Notes under the pieces: generated by a model | Database searches by the model: none | Told to the model about the DNA's origin: nothing | The model's input: the letters and a program-made list of their open reading frames with translations, nothing else | Made by a program: the position numbers and the translations under genes | Shown here: positions 50,101 to 62,880 of the stretch, piece after piece | Numbering within the stretch: the first letter of the stretch is position 1 | Layout: every line of letters begins with the position of its first letter | NCBI GenBank assembly: GCA_051294905.1 | Contig: CM119382.1 | Span: 12,958,001-13,022,000 of the forward strand | Source: Botryllus schlosseri | Taxonomy: Eukaryota | Direction of reading: 5' to 3' | Length of the DNA stretch: 64,000 nucleotides

Positions 50101-53100
50101 ATTGAAACCCACCTGGTTCCTTTTCTTGATTCTGTACTCCCTTGACACGAGACGATCCTTTTCTTTGCCGACAAGTTCGCGCTCATGCCTCATGGATCCG
50201 AATTGCTCCTTTACGAATATAAATAATTGAGATTGTTTATGATTTCCTATCTCAATCCACATATTACAACCACCGCTTCAAACTATTGCGATCATATGCA
50301 AAGTGCACCGGGTCACAGGCGTACAGTATAGGTATGTTGGGGCAGCATATGTAAGTAAAAAATTGTATTCCTGAGCTGAATGTGGCACGAGTCATTCCGG
50401 TAGTGTTCAATATCAACTACCACAAAACCGTCTTTCCCATTTTAGGCCCACTTATGTCGACGATACACGCACTTCTGTGGCATGGCCGGGCCCGAATGGC
50501 ATACGTTTATAAACAAACTTGGTTGAGTCGATATGTCGTCAATGCATAAATATTGTGCAATAGGTTTCCGGGCATTCTCGCTCTGAACTTGTTTCCATAA
50601 CCTATTTCCATCTTATTTGCGGGACTTATCACATGGAACCAACCGTGCTTTTTACGATATCGCATACTATGTTTGAAAGATAGACTGAACCAACGTATCT
50701 ATTTTGGTATATTATACTTAGGGCTAGGCACAATGATTCGAGTACTCGAATCTGAATCGAGTATTAATTTTAATGATTCGAATCGAGTAGTAAAATACGA
50801 TTTTTTCGAGTAGTGAAATTATACGCTTCTCACCACTGAAAGTTAATTTACGAAGGAGAATTTCAGTTTCGATACTAATTTTCACTGTTGAAGCCTTGAA
50901 ACTTTGAATGGCGGTATCGTAGCTATCGAAAGATATGGTACGAAGCTACTAAGGTTACTGGACGTAGCACATTTCCGAAGTCATGATTATGCCACAACAT
51001 TGTCACCAAGTGGAATGAAATCGGTATGGTCGAAAAAATACCCAAGTACCTTTTATGAGATGGATAACTGACGTTATATTCTTTGTGATGGCATAAACGG
51101 TACATATTTGTACTTTGACGTGCTACATTCTGTTATGACGTCATAATGAGTGATACTCGATTAGTCGACTCGACTCGATGCATATTACGTGATTCAGGTA
51201 CTCGATTTTGCCCAGCCCTAATTATACTCCTCGATCGTATCGTGATAAGGATATTTGAATCCATAAGGCTTTTTACGTCTGTCATTCCCTGTACGTAGAA
51301 GGGTACTGCAATCGCGAAGCCATCCCATGAGTCGATAGCATTATACCTCCATTTGATCTTTCTCCCTTCGCATTCTATCATAAGCTTCCTTCATGCTATT
51401 CCGGTCGCTAACCGCTTGTCTCGTCGATTCCTGATATTTGTCCCTTTGTCCTTTGACCTTGGCAAGCTCCGTTTTTGTATCCGTCAGTTCTTGATTCAGC
51501 GACTTGTTTCTGGTACGAAGGCGTTTCACCATTACAGCCAAAGCAGGATACATTACGCCCGTGCCGACATTTTCTGTCATTTTACCACACGGTTACCTTG
51601 TAACGGGGCTGTTCATTAGTAAAATAATTCGATTTTGTGTGGAACGTTATATATAGCGGATTGGCTCATGCAAATCAAATAGACGCCATTGTTGTGCGCT
51701 TAGTCGAGAAACTCACAAATATATGAGTCCGGATTACGGCCAACGGAGATATCTAATAACCATACCTTTTACTGAGCTCGTGTGATTGCTTTTTCAGACT
51801 TTCAATATTTGCCGTTTGTGAGCTAATTTTCTCTTCTGCCCTATTCTGAAGTATCTTCCGCCGGTCAATGTCTTTGTTCATGATTGTGATGTTACCGTGA
51901 CAGTTATTAAGCTTAAAAGAAGTAAAGGGTTTTTATAGCTTTCATTGTTAAGGGTGTATGTTCACACCTCTTTGTTGAGATCTGTGACTTCGCCTTTAGT
52001 ATTTGTCAAGTCAGATGTCAGATGACTATTTTTCTCGGACATGTCGTCGACGATTGCGGTCAGGTGTGATTTGGTTTGTTCTAGACTGGTCTTCTCGCGC
52101 AGCAAGTCTTGCTGTTTCTGTATCCAGATATATGATATACGTTCCGTGCACTATCAGTTATACAGTTCACAGTCTGAATCACATAACATATGGTAAACTT
52201 ACCGCTTCGTAATCATCGCACTTTTGCTGTAACGACGCATTCTCCGCTATTTTACTTTTTAGATCACTGTCGCATTGCGCAAGTTTGACATGACAGCCAT
52301 GGAGCTGCAAATATTTTCCGGAGTTATTGATCATAACATCTCGTCAATGATTCGACCATAATTATGAGGAAGTGTTCTTTGGAGTTTCTTCACCCTTACC
52401 ATATACCTATATATATTTGTTCACTACATTGTATCGCGTAAGCTTATATTTCAATGCGCTGGTGTCAATCAAGGTTTTGGTAATAAGCAGTGTGATTGGA
52501 ATACCCTCAACGAACGCGAAGATAAATATTTCTTACGATTGAAATTTCCATAACAATATTTCTACAACTCATATCAGATTACCAAGAAATAGGGTTGCAT
52601 TTAAAACAAACATGTTCAAAACAAGGCCCCTGTTTAAAAAATTGTTTTTATTGTTGTTTTTGTGTTGTATTTTAGGCCATGACGTCACGGATATTCAATT
52701 GTGGTATCATAGTTGACTGACATTGACAATTGAAAATATAGGGTAAATATAGCTTCTTTGACGAAATATCTACGTACTATAGCTGTTAAGCCGACTATTT
52801 TGAGGGTTCCAGCCATCCCATATCGTATACGTCGGCTATATCGAGTGGTAATTGTTTGTAGGCTCATACAACATGTTTTTTGGAAAGTACACAATTATGG
52901 CATGATTTTACAACTTAGGAAGTAGGCCATGGAAAAACACAATTTTTTTGAGGCCTTTGTTTCAAACAAAGTTTAAAACATGTTTTAAACAAAGTGTTTC
53001 AAACAACCATCTGTTTTAAATGCAACCCTACCGTAGCTAGAGATGAACATCATTGATATTTTCAAATCCAAACAATGAATTTCATTCTTATTATGCTCGA

Positions 53101-55157
53101 ATATAAGCCTGCAACTGAATTGACTCAAGCATTCGCGAAGGTTGCATGAAAATTGAAAATGCGTCAAAATCTCATGACCAAATCCAAATGCAAAATAGCA
53201 AAAATCTTAATTGTCGTTGCGAATCCAAATCTAAAGTGATCATCTTTAATACGTGCACTTGAAAGGGCCTAGATTTATAATTATTCGTAATTCACACTCA
53301 TTTCTTAAGTGCACACCTCACTCTCCAAGGTTGAACATTGATTCAGGAGCTTGGCTCGTTCTTTCCGCATGCTTTCGCATTCGAGATAAAAACTATCGGT
53401 GTCTTTCAGCATTGTATTCATAAAGTTCTCCCTTTGCTCCGAATGCTGATAGGAGAACACTACGTACGTTGAACACCTGAAATCAGAGGAAACCGATTGT
53501 ATATATAGTGATTTGAACGCAAGTTATACACTGAATTTACCAAGTTCGGTTAGGTTTCAATTGAACATTTACTGCTCAACTCAGCATGACATTCACTGCC
53601 AAAGCCATTTTGGTAGGCATTTCACACCCTTAGGGGAGAGGCGGTGTAATTCCCCCCGTGTACCACCCCTGATATACGGGTGTGATTATACACCCATGAC
53701 ACACGAAACCAGATCCTACCTCAGATTTATACCGAGGTATAAATCGAGTAGGCTACAACATTGTAATCCAAATTATGCATGCACGTAATAGGAGCGGAGG
53801 ATTTATGACCACTATGAGTGCAGGACAGTTAGTGATGAACGGTTTGAATCAACGATTCTAAATTGATTTCGAACCAACTCTCTCAAATTGAACCCGGATT
53901 ATTAACAACAGTGGCTACGTCCATCATCTGTCATCAACGATTTTCAACACAATCGACTGAGAAAATCGCATTGTCTTACAAGCACCATATCGAGAGCTGT
54001 GGATGAACATGAAAAATGTGCCAAAGGGGCCTCATCTCATAAATGATATCGACACGATGCTAACGTTGCTATTTGTTGGGCTAGGACGGTATCTTAATAG
54101 ATAAGTTGATGTCGCTAGCCGGGTTCGTGAGGTCGTTGGGAAACAACACAAAACCTGATACTATAATCACCAACGCTGGAAATATTTGGTGGAATTTGGA
54201 TGTGCGTGATTTCGATCTTTTGTCAGTGATACGAATACGGTTGTCACTTGTATAAGCGCAGCGAACCTAGACGGCAAGAGAACTGCAAAAATATATATCA
54301 AATTATCCTTCGAATAAGAAACATTTGGGGTGTCGTTATACAACTCTACAAGCACGACTCACTCTGTTGATCGAGATGCAACTCTTGAAGAGTATTTCGA
54401 CTCAATTAATAAAATAAATAGTTAACCTGATGATGCGATGATCAATATTCGCACCGAATCATTAGCACCATAGATGTGGGCATTAGAGCGGGGCATGGAT
54501 AGTCCACGGGCTGCATATCCGCAGGATTATTTTATACCGGTGCCGATTCAAACTTTTTCTGATACGACAGGAGCACTGCGAAGTAGTATGTGCATGATTT
54601 TTCCAGATCCTATTTCGGTGGATATTGACGTGATATTTTATGGCCGGAGGAGGATTCATACTTTTTCTGATACGGTCCTGAGTCGGGTCGGAGCCGGATA
54701 CCATTTTGAAGAAACTGGATTGGAGTCGGACTATGGAATTTGCCGATCTGCTCCGCGCCAGTGAGAATAACTTAACATTGTTTACCTTTGCTTGAACTAA
54801 AGCTAGAAATGGATATTGAATAACAACTCTGCCTATATTCTTACTTATAAGCCAGCTTCTGGGATTCCTGGACATACATATCCTTTTCGTCTCTCGCGTC
54901 TTGTTCCAATTGGAAGTAAGCATCTCTGTCGTTCTCGTTGTATGATTTATTCTGTGAATTACTGAATCATTTGTGAATTCTAAACGATAGTGAATCTTGA
55001 AGCCACTTACGGCGAGCATGTCATAGTACTTTTGTCTCAGCAATTCCGTTTGGTCTTCTTTCTGCTGCACATTTCCGTAGAAGTGTTTCAGTGTCTCTGC
55101 AGCCCCTTTGATGTTTTCAAAATGCTCGCGCAGCTTATTTTGAGAAAGTTCCATTTG
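44165..55157 (-). CDS. Uncharacterised long coiled-coil protein (about 650-700 aa). Exons 55011-55157, 54845-54951, [54363-54400 and 54248-54282 candidates], 53317-53445, 52203-52304, 51968-52117, 51766-51911, 51347-51509, 50113-50208, 49911-50063, 49104-49309, 45372-45543, 44467-44630, 44165-44402
   Basis: 13 GT-AG-bounded, stop-free exons with matching phases; only the 54845->53445 junction needs an extra exon or exons. Heptad-like E/K/Q/L-rich sequence throughout, e.g. NKSLNQELTDTKTELAKVKGQRDKYQE and FDATKTELAQKLKDLDVTKLKMSRLENIIEQQK. Ends ...NLPNIGEVGAG*. Confidence 0.85.
45983..46950. mobile_element. hAT-type MITE with (GACTT)n / GACTCGAGTC subterminal arrays
   Basis: TIRs CAGTGTTGGGAT / ATCCCAACACTG; TSD ACAAGTGC/ACAAATGC (7/8). 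Confidence 0.92.
47222..47460. mobile_element. Copy of the CAGGGCCGTAA MITE (right end not defined), inside the composite element
   Basis: Colinear with the reverse complement of about 2230-2469. Confidence 0.75.
50719..51220. mobile_element. hAT-type MITE with TCGAGTA/GATTCGA subterminal repeats
   Basis: TIRs TAGGGCTAGGCACAA / TTTTGCCCAGCCCTA; perfect TSD ATTATACT; family fragments at 1868-1907 and about 3505-3690. Confidence 0.92.
52590..53030. mobile_element. MITE of the TAGGGTTGCATTTAAAAC family, copy 3
   Basis: Perfect TIRs; internal homology to copies 1 and 2; TSD not preserved. Confidence 0.9.
54484..54750. mobile_element. TAGAGCGGGGCATGG-family MITE fragment
   Basis: The same terminus and GTCGGAGCCGGAT block occur inverted at about 16660-16814. 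Confidence 0.65.
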
Positions 55158-55226
55158 CTAAAATTGAAAACAGCCGTTTTTTGAAATTGGACTATCCGAA
55201 TATTTATGCTTATAGGCGGTTACAAC

Positions 55227-56492
55227 CAGAGGTGGTCAGTAACGAAGTACTTCTACTTTTTCGAAGTACTCAAGTAGTTTCCCCTACTTCCGGTATTATC
55301 TCAAGTATATCTGATTTTCTCTACTTCTACTTCTACTTCTTAATATTTTGTGATCTACTTACTTACTTTTCACCATTTTTAGTTTGTCAAGTAGAAGTAA
55401 TTTAATCCTCCAATAAGAAAGATTGCCTGAGGAATTTCTGGGCTGTTTTTCACGGAGTACCAACATTTAATATTCATAAAAGTCAATTAAAGCCCAGAAC
55501 TTTTGTTGCGCTTCGCGCACAGTAGTTATGAAGTGACAAACATGTTTTTACGACAGTAGCCTATTAGTGAATTTAGGTACCGGATTGCGTGATTCCGCTC
55601 ACACCGTATTTTCGCCCGTATCAATTATTTCATCACAGCAAATATGGCCCACCATAACGTTTGAAACTACCGTTTCGCAATCTGGCAATTACCTATCATA
55701 TCGTAATAGCCAATGACGTGTCCTACTAATCCGAAAAAATAGACTCCAGTTTTTTTGAACGTTACACCTGTTTTTGCAGACCACCTTTGAAGCTTTCTGG
55801 ACAAAAGACAGGAAATATATTTTCCGATTTTTGAAAGTGGTATTTGTATTTCACGTCTAGTTCCGAGTATCATACTTTGAGTTCTAATTACTTTCAGTTC
55901 TTTTCTCTGCAGAACATACATGTCGAAGTATAAAAGCAAGTGCCGTACTGCCTCTATTTTCCGAATATAAAGCTACTCTAAATGGTCATTTTACGATTCA
56001 CCATATTTGTTATTAGCTTATACTAATCGCGCTGTGTTCAACCGTATCCGATACAACTTTTCCGCATTTCTCTTCGCCTAAACTAAGGGCCATGTAATAT
56101 GGGGTAGGACGCCCTGTCGTGATATTTTTTAAAACGGGGTCTTCGAGTAAAAACATTCTCATATCAATACTATAATTTGAATCCCATGATGCGAACGAAT
56201 GCTTATTCTGTCGAAAATTGATACCTTCTGGGATGCATCAATACGAATCAAGCCCTCTGCAACTTCCGCATAGCTCAATTTGCAGCTTTTGACAGTCCGT
56301 CCGAGCGAATTATGACTGTTTCAAATTTACTTACTTACTTGAGTAGATTTAAAGTCAGTCAATTCTATTTCTACTTGAAGCAGTTTGAGGTTGCTTTTGA
56401 AATTACTACTTCTACTCATACTTCACTTAATTTCTGCGTCGCTACTTCTACTTCTACTTGAGTAGCTTTCTTGACTACTTTGACCACCTCTG
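55227..56492. mobile_element. CAGAGGTGGTCA-family MITE
   Basis: Perfect 12-bp TIR; flanks TTACAAC/TTGCAAC. Shorter derivatives at 18330-18524, from 48552 (truncated) and at about 61860-61950. Confidence 0.9.
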
Positions 56493-57316
56493 TTGCAACG
56501 CAGTTATATCTCCTCGGTATTATGTGTACTCCGTTATGGAGTGTGGATAGCCTTTCAAATTGTATTCGCTATTCCAAGCTCCATTCATCTCCTGCTCCCG
56601 TGTATGTCATATGAGGCCCGTGTTTTGTGGAAAGGCATGAACCCAGACAGATATATGCGATTGTTCCGTACAAAGAAAACGAAGCAATACAAATAGGTCG
56701 ACCACTTAAGTATGCCATTTCTGTCTCAACCCGATTCTACGACATGCTAAGTGAAACTGGCATAGCTCTCACGAAACGTTTGACAAACATGTCCATATTG
56801 CCAACAACACGGTAACGTTCACATTCTCGTAAGCATTCTAAATTTTCTGATATACAAATGCAGTACAAATATGACATATGGATTACAATTATTCTCACAC
56901 ACCTGCTGGATATGTCGATACTCCTGTCGATGCAGCTCCATATTTTCACAACCGGCACGGCTTTGCTGCACTTTTATCGAAACTTATGGCTGCAACCTAT
57001 TTAGAAAACTCAGTGTGTATTTACAAATCTACCACGCACTATACCTGATTTGAGATTATACTTTGTTCGACGTTCGCATACAATCCCACACACGCGTACG
57101 AGTCCCGATACAAAAAGGTCATCATCACACTACAGCGATTCATAAATGCTGTGCGTCTTTGATATCGGCTTACATAAGAACACTATTCACTGGCCTGATA
57201 TAGCTTACAGTCATTCCTTGCGTACAATAATATCTGATATATGTGAGGTAACTCCGCCTGCCATATGATTATTGCCAATATCAATGGAGTCGTTGTATAA
57301 ACAATGGTCTTCTGAC

Positions 57317-57355
57317 TTCAAGGATTTTATCCATGCTGTGAAAACTCATCTCAGT
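57317..57355 (-). CDS. Candidate upstream/first coding exon of the coiled-coil gene, (TE)MSFHSMDKILE
   Basis: Strong acceptor TCTTCTTCATACAG, ATG at 57349, and a phase-0 GTCAGA donor that joins in frame to QMELSQNKLREH. No independent support. Confidence 0.3.
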
Positions 57356-59123
57356 CTGTATGAAGAAGATATTGATCGTAGATTTTGTGATGGAGTTCAC
57401 AACGTCAGTTCAATATGTCATCAGTGGTTAGAGTTGGACACAATTAAGACCATAATTTGATTGATTTAATTATTCATATAAAATTACCTAATAAAAATAT
57501 GATATAGAATTCAGATCAGGTAACGAAAACGTGACTTAATTAGATTATCGCAATGGCAACAAAAAATCAAGATTGATAACCACAAGTATGTTCGTTTGCA
57601 GTCCGGTGCCTGCCACCTGACGGATCATGTGGTTCGAAACGGTATATCAGAATTTCCACCTTGTGCTCTTTGACGGTATCTCGAAACCACCAAACATTAT
57701 TTCGTCATTCCATCGTCGCCTCCTCATCGCGAAATGTGCCGAATTCAACGACCAAAATATTACGCTATACACCGCTGAACTCGTGCTGCATGTCTTGTAA
57801 TCATCATTTATTATATTTGAATCCTGATTGCATTTTCTTAGCGTGACGAAATCTTAGAACAAAATGGACCAAAAATTATCTGCGAAGAGAACGATTCACA
57901 CGATCCCGAATTTTTTAGAATTTTGTATTTCTGGAATATTTAAAATCTCGGGCAGCTTATAGTCCAAACCAAGCTCGAAATTAACCCAACTTCACAAAGT
58001 TTGTTGTCAAAAGATCACCGGTAATAAAACCGGGGAACAAAATGATCCCCGCATATTGGCCGAACCTCGATATTGCTATGTCCGCAGGCACCGAAATAGC
58101 CGGCCCCGAATAGCCAAGTCATTGCAATATGTGCACCAAGTGGTACAGATGCGACCTACGGAGTACAAGAATGACCCGCGTGTTGAAATAGGAAGTGAAA
58201 AATAATTTACTTCTTTTGTTTGGTCTGGGACGTGTGAGCGATCCCAATATCTTTCGAGTAGCGACAATCATCACATTCACGAAATAACAACACTCATTAA
58301 GAAAGTTGCCTAATTATTACCAACAAACTGCCTGAATCTAACAGATGTGAATCTTATGATGTCTTAACTGTGAGACGAACATGACTAAATATGATCCCCT
58401 AAAATTTAGAGGACATTAGTTCTAGCGGTAAATCTGATCAAGTACGCCGAGAAAGGATCAAATGTTAATGCAAGACCGGTAATATTAAGAAAATTTCACG
58501 CTGCACACTGCACTTTACACTGATTTTTCAAAACACTGGTCAGTAGCTATTTCGGTTCGTTCGTGAATCGCGTAACACCGTTTGTGAATTGGATGTATGA
58601 AAGGGTGGTGACGTAATTACCCACAGAGGTAAAAGGGGTCTGAAAGTTTCGTCGTCACGAGGTCAGGTTGATCACCCAGTGAGGTCAAACACCAGTGTTG
58701 AATGTGAATTTGAAGCGTTTGAATGTGACTCATGGCATTAGAGCTGATTTGTCAAAAACGCCACCAAGCTTAACAGAGCTATCGTAAAAAAATGAACTAC
58801 ACCGTTACATTGACACCATAAAATCCGATGTGTTGTTTTGTGTTGATTGGGTAAGGGAGCGTGAGTCATTTAAATCAATTGCCAAGAAACCGCTCCTTGA
58901 ATTTTCTAGAAAAGTTTTGGTACGACTTATCTAGTACGTGTTTTAGGGACAATCAATGTGCATCAGGGCTTCGGCGCAGCCGTAAATTTGCATTGCTCCA
59001 GCTCCGGAGCTTTCTTTTATCATACACTAGCTCCGGCTCCAGCTCCGGAGCCGCATTATTTCCACAGCTCCGGCTCCAGCTCCGGCTCCGGCTCTGAAAA
59101 CTATCGAAGGTGTCTGTCTATAT

Positions 59124-59838
59124 CAGGGGTGGGCAACCCGCGGCCTGCGGGCTATATGTGGCCCGCGAGAAGGTTTTGAGTAGCCCGCGACCTAATTTCC
59201 CATTATATTATCGAAATCCTGTTATATTATCGAAATTGAATTGCTCAAATCATATGCTCATATTGTGAACTTGCAAGGCGAACCAAAAATATGATTAGTC
59301 TGGCCGCGAAACTTGGGATGTTGATGATTAAAATATCAGTTCCGACGCATTGGCAGATCAATGGTCCGCAACCACATTTTTAGTAAATGGTCGTACATTA
59401 CAATAAACTAAAAGAGTAGTAAAATTTTTCTTCACGCTCCGCGTGTATAATTGTCACACGATTTCTTGCTTTGTAGCATACTCACTCATGAAAATGAAAA
59501 AACGCCTGATTTAGCCGATTGGGTTTAACTATATTTGCGATTACGAGAGAAAGTCTTTTCGCGTTTGCGCTCGCAGAAAGCTCGTCGACGATGAAATGTA
59601 GGCACAAATTAATTGTCGTATTTTACGGAAATCTTCGATATCGATATGTCCAGATGCCGAATAGTCCTGTCCTTGCAAACTGAGCCCAGCGGGCGTTATA
59701 CAGTCGACCCGCAATATACCCAAGTATATAATAATGATATCAACTTTGAAATTTTTATGCGCCTGGCGCGGCTAGTGGGCAGCACATTCGTTCGTCAATT
59801 TCATTTGGCCCATTAGCCGAAAAGGTTGTCCACCCCTG
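59124..59838. mobile_element. hAT (Buster-type) MITE
   Basis: TIRs CAGGGGTGGGCAAC / GTTGTCCACCCCTG; perfect TSD GTCTATAT; internal homology with 10230-11070. Confidence 0.93.
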
Positions 59839-62204
59839 GTCTATATAGATTACTAATTTACCCGTAGGTTAGTTATCTATAGTAATCTAGAGTCTGTCAA
59901 CCGTCAGTAACATCGGATGCAGCAACGAAGGCATATAGGTGCTGCCGTGTCGGCTTGTGACGTCATAATCAATACTTGTCAATTGTCGATAACATCATAG
60001 TTGTACTAGAACGCACTTTACTACATGCCATTGCTGTGCACAGTATCAAAATTTTGATGCGGCGTTTTAACACTGGCACTGTACTCGTTAACATTAAGCC
60101 ATACAGCTCAATTCAATCTTTAAATAAGCGATTAGTACTCAACCGTAACTGTATAGTCAGCGCAATATGGGCGGACATCAAGACCTGATCAATAGAAATT
60201 CGATTTGTACCAAATGGCCAATGGTTTGACGTTCGATATTGGTGCACTCGTTACCAGTCCATACGGTGTCGATCAAGTTTATCGGAATATAATATTTTCC
60301 CCCTTAAACGAATCGAATACTCGAATTAAACACTGCGCCATGTACATTGCGCCATGCCCATAACGAATTAAACTATGCAGTATATGCACATTGCACATTT
60401 ACAAGTCACAGTGCGCGATAATCCGGGAATACTAGAGTATCAAGCAGACATCAAGAATGAATTTACGAAACAGATGATTACAAATTGGAAATCGCGTATC
60501 AAATCAGTAATTTGTCTCCAACATCAAATACCATAGGGTCTTGACACCGCATTAAGTAGCTCGCTGAGTGTAACGGCGTTTTGGGCTACTCTTCAGCCAT
60601 CCCCTATTCACGCTCGAAAATCTTTACTGTGGTGAATAACGATCATGCGCAGTAATGAATTCCAATTCGCATGCATAATTGCATACTCAATAACACTGTC
60701 CAATTTGCTCATTCTATTCATAGCAACGATGAGATGGAATTTCTCGGCTCGTGCTCGTCATATCGACATGTGCAACGAAATCACGTTTTTATCCTTTTTA
60801 TCATTTCGTGTAATACATAGTGATCATCATTTTCGAACCGTACAAATGGCCAACAAGGTTGTACTGATGACAAAATTTCGGGATTGCCGAATAACCACAA
60901 TATTCACAGGCATATCTAGCATACCGAGGTTCGGCAGTAATGTATGAAAATTGAACATTCAACATATGACTGCTCTGCCGTTAAATCCCCAGGAACATGG
61001 TTAGTCGGAAAAGGTAGCGCGAAAGAGGAAAAGATTCATAATTTCGCGAAGGCCTGCTGTTGAATTATGTGAACTCAAAAGATGTGGTTGTCGCATGTTT
61101 GATAGCATCTTATGAAGTAGGCCTACGTCGGAGCCGGAGCTACCCCTCAAATAACTAGCTCCAGCTCCGACTCCGACTGAATTTTATGTGGAGCTCCGGC
61201 TCCGGCTCCAGATCCGGTCAAAATGCACGGCTCCGGGGCTCCGGCTCCAAAGCCCTGCATGATATGCACATGCCACTGGACAAGGAAGGTACAGATATAG
61301 CCTTGTAGTGCTTTCTAGGTCTTGCACCACCCCTCCATGCAATCCAAGTAAGGCATGAGTGCCAAGCGGGGAAGTCATGGACACCAGTCTTACTAATCAG
61401 CTCTTTGGTATGACCCAGCCGGAGATCGAAACTACCGATCAAGAAGACGGACGCTTCACCATTACGCCATCTTGATCGCGCACAAGGTAACTCGTGAGAA
61501 ACTTTTGAATAGTCTTAACCGTGTGGCGTGACCAATGATCATTGATGATAGCTTGAGAGGTTTAATTAATGACTCCGCGTCAATAGCTCTACCGGTCCGA
61601 CCTTATAACTTTATCAGGCTACGCCACTCGTTTAATGTAACATCTTATTTCTTATCTATCTGTGTTATGTCTAACTGTTTGCAGTCCATTCCAAAGCAAG
61701 TTTGTCTCGGTACTTCTATGTTAGCGAATTATTTATGAAAACGTGGTTTACTTTTTGAGAAGAAACAATAAATGGATATTCAGCATATATCAGTAAGAAT
61801 TTATTTAATATCATAGGTAAGATATATTTCGTCACCGTCACCGTCATCTCTTACGATCGACCAGAAATAGTCAAAGTTGTCAAGAAAGCTACTCAAGTAG
61901 AAGTAGAAGAGACCCAACAAAATATATCACGAAGTAGAAGTAGATGAAAGTTATATAGCTTTCAATACAACATCCATTGTAGCAGTATATTTATTAAACT
62001 CGAAGACTTTTCGGGTGCCTCTTTTCAAGAGTTATCGGCACACTAAAGAGATTTAAACAGATTTAAAAGCAGAACCAAAAAGGCAAAGTATGACGCAACA
62101 ATCGAGATCACAAACCATGAAATTCGCATTGTACCAATGGCAACAATAACAAACTATGAAGTATACGGACATACCCCTGACCCCACTATAGTACCGTATG
62201 TCCG

Positions 62205-62702
62205 TATGGATGCCAGTAAATTCGGCCCTCGGTAAATTCGGCCAGTGAATTCGGCCCATGACCTCGGTAAATTCGGCCCTCCGAGAATATTGTATTAAAA
62301 TGTATTTCCAACCGTTAACATGAATTAATTACATAATTATACTATTATTATTTGATATGGATGTCAGGGTATGCGTAGATCGCATAATCGTGGGAGATAG
62401 CGCGGATATTCACGGGGCCGAATTTACCGATGGCCGAATTTACTCGGTAAATTCGTCCCCCGGAGAATTTTGTATAAAAATGTATTATGAATGAATTACA
62501 TAATTATTTTATTATCGAGTGATTTGAAGGTCAGGGTATGCGTATATCGCACAGTCACGGGAGATAATGCGGATATTTACGGGGCCGAATTTACTGACCA
62601 CCGAATTCAATCGGTAAATTCGGCACTCGGAGAATTTTGTGTAAAATTGTATTACCAACTATTAATGTGAATTATATGACATAATTATATTATTATCAAG
62701 TG
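62205..62702. repeat. Tandem 167-180-bp units with inverted GTAAATTCGGCCC / GGGCCGAATTTAC motifs
   Basis: Unit starts at 62265, 62445 and 62612; each has GAGAAT...TGTATT...ACATAATTAT...ATTAT. Confidence 0.85.
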
Positions 62703-62868
62703 ATTAGGAGCTTAGGGTTAGGATTAGAGTTAGGTTAGGGTTAGGGTTAGGATAAGGGTTAGGATTAGGGTTAGGTTAGGGTTATGATTAGGGTTAGGTT
62801 AGGATTAGGGTTAGGGTTAGGATTAGGGTTAGCTTAGGGTTAGGATTAGGGTTAGGTTAGGGTTATGA
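62703..62868 (+). repeat. Degenerate interstitial telomere-like (TTAGGG/TTAGG/TTAGGA)n array
   Basis: About 165 bp read directly from the sequence. Confidence 0.9.
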
Positions 62869-62880
62869 TCAGAGTTGGAT

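Noticed and set aside
54483-55154. 223-aa ORF as a single-exon gene
   Set aside because: Only the first 48 codons are exonic; the rest reads through introns, an out-of-frame exon and a MITE fragment
58964-61257. Possible 2.3-kb element bounded by CAGGGCTT / AAGCCCTG ends
   Set aside because: Flanks ATGTGCAT and CATGATAT do not form a TSD, and each end carries its own internal repeats; two partial copies is the simpler reading
62205-62702. Repeat-spacer-like pattern suggesting a CRISPR array
   Set aside because: Eukaryotic context, the inter-repeat segments are homologous to each other rather than unique spacers, and there are no cas genes
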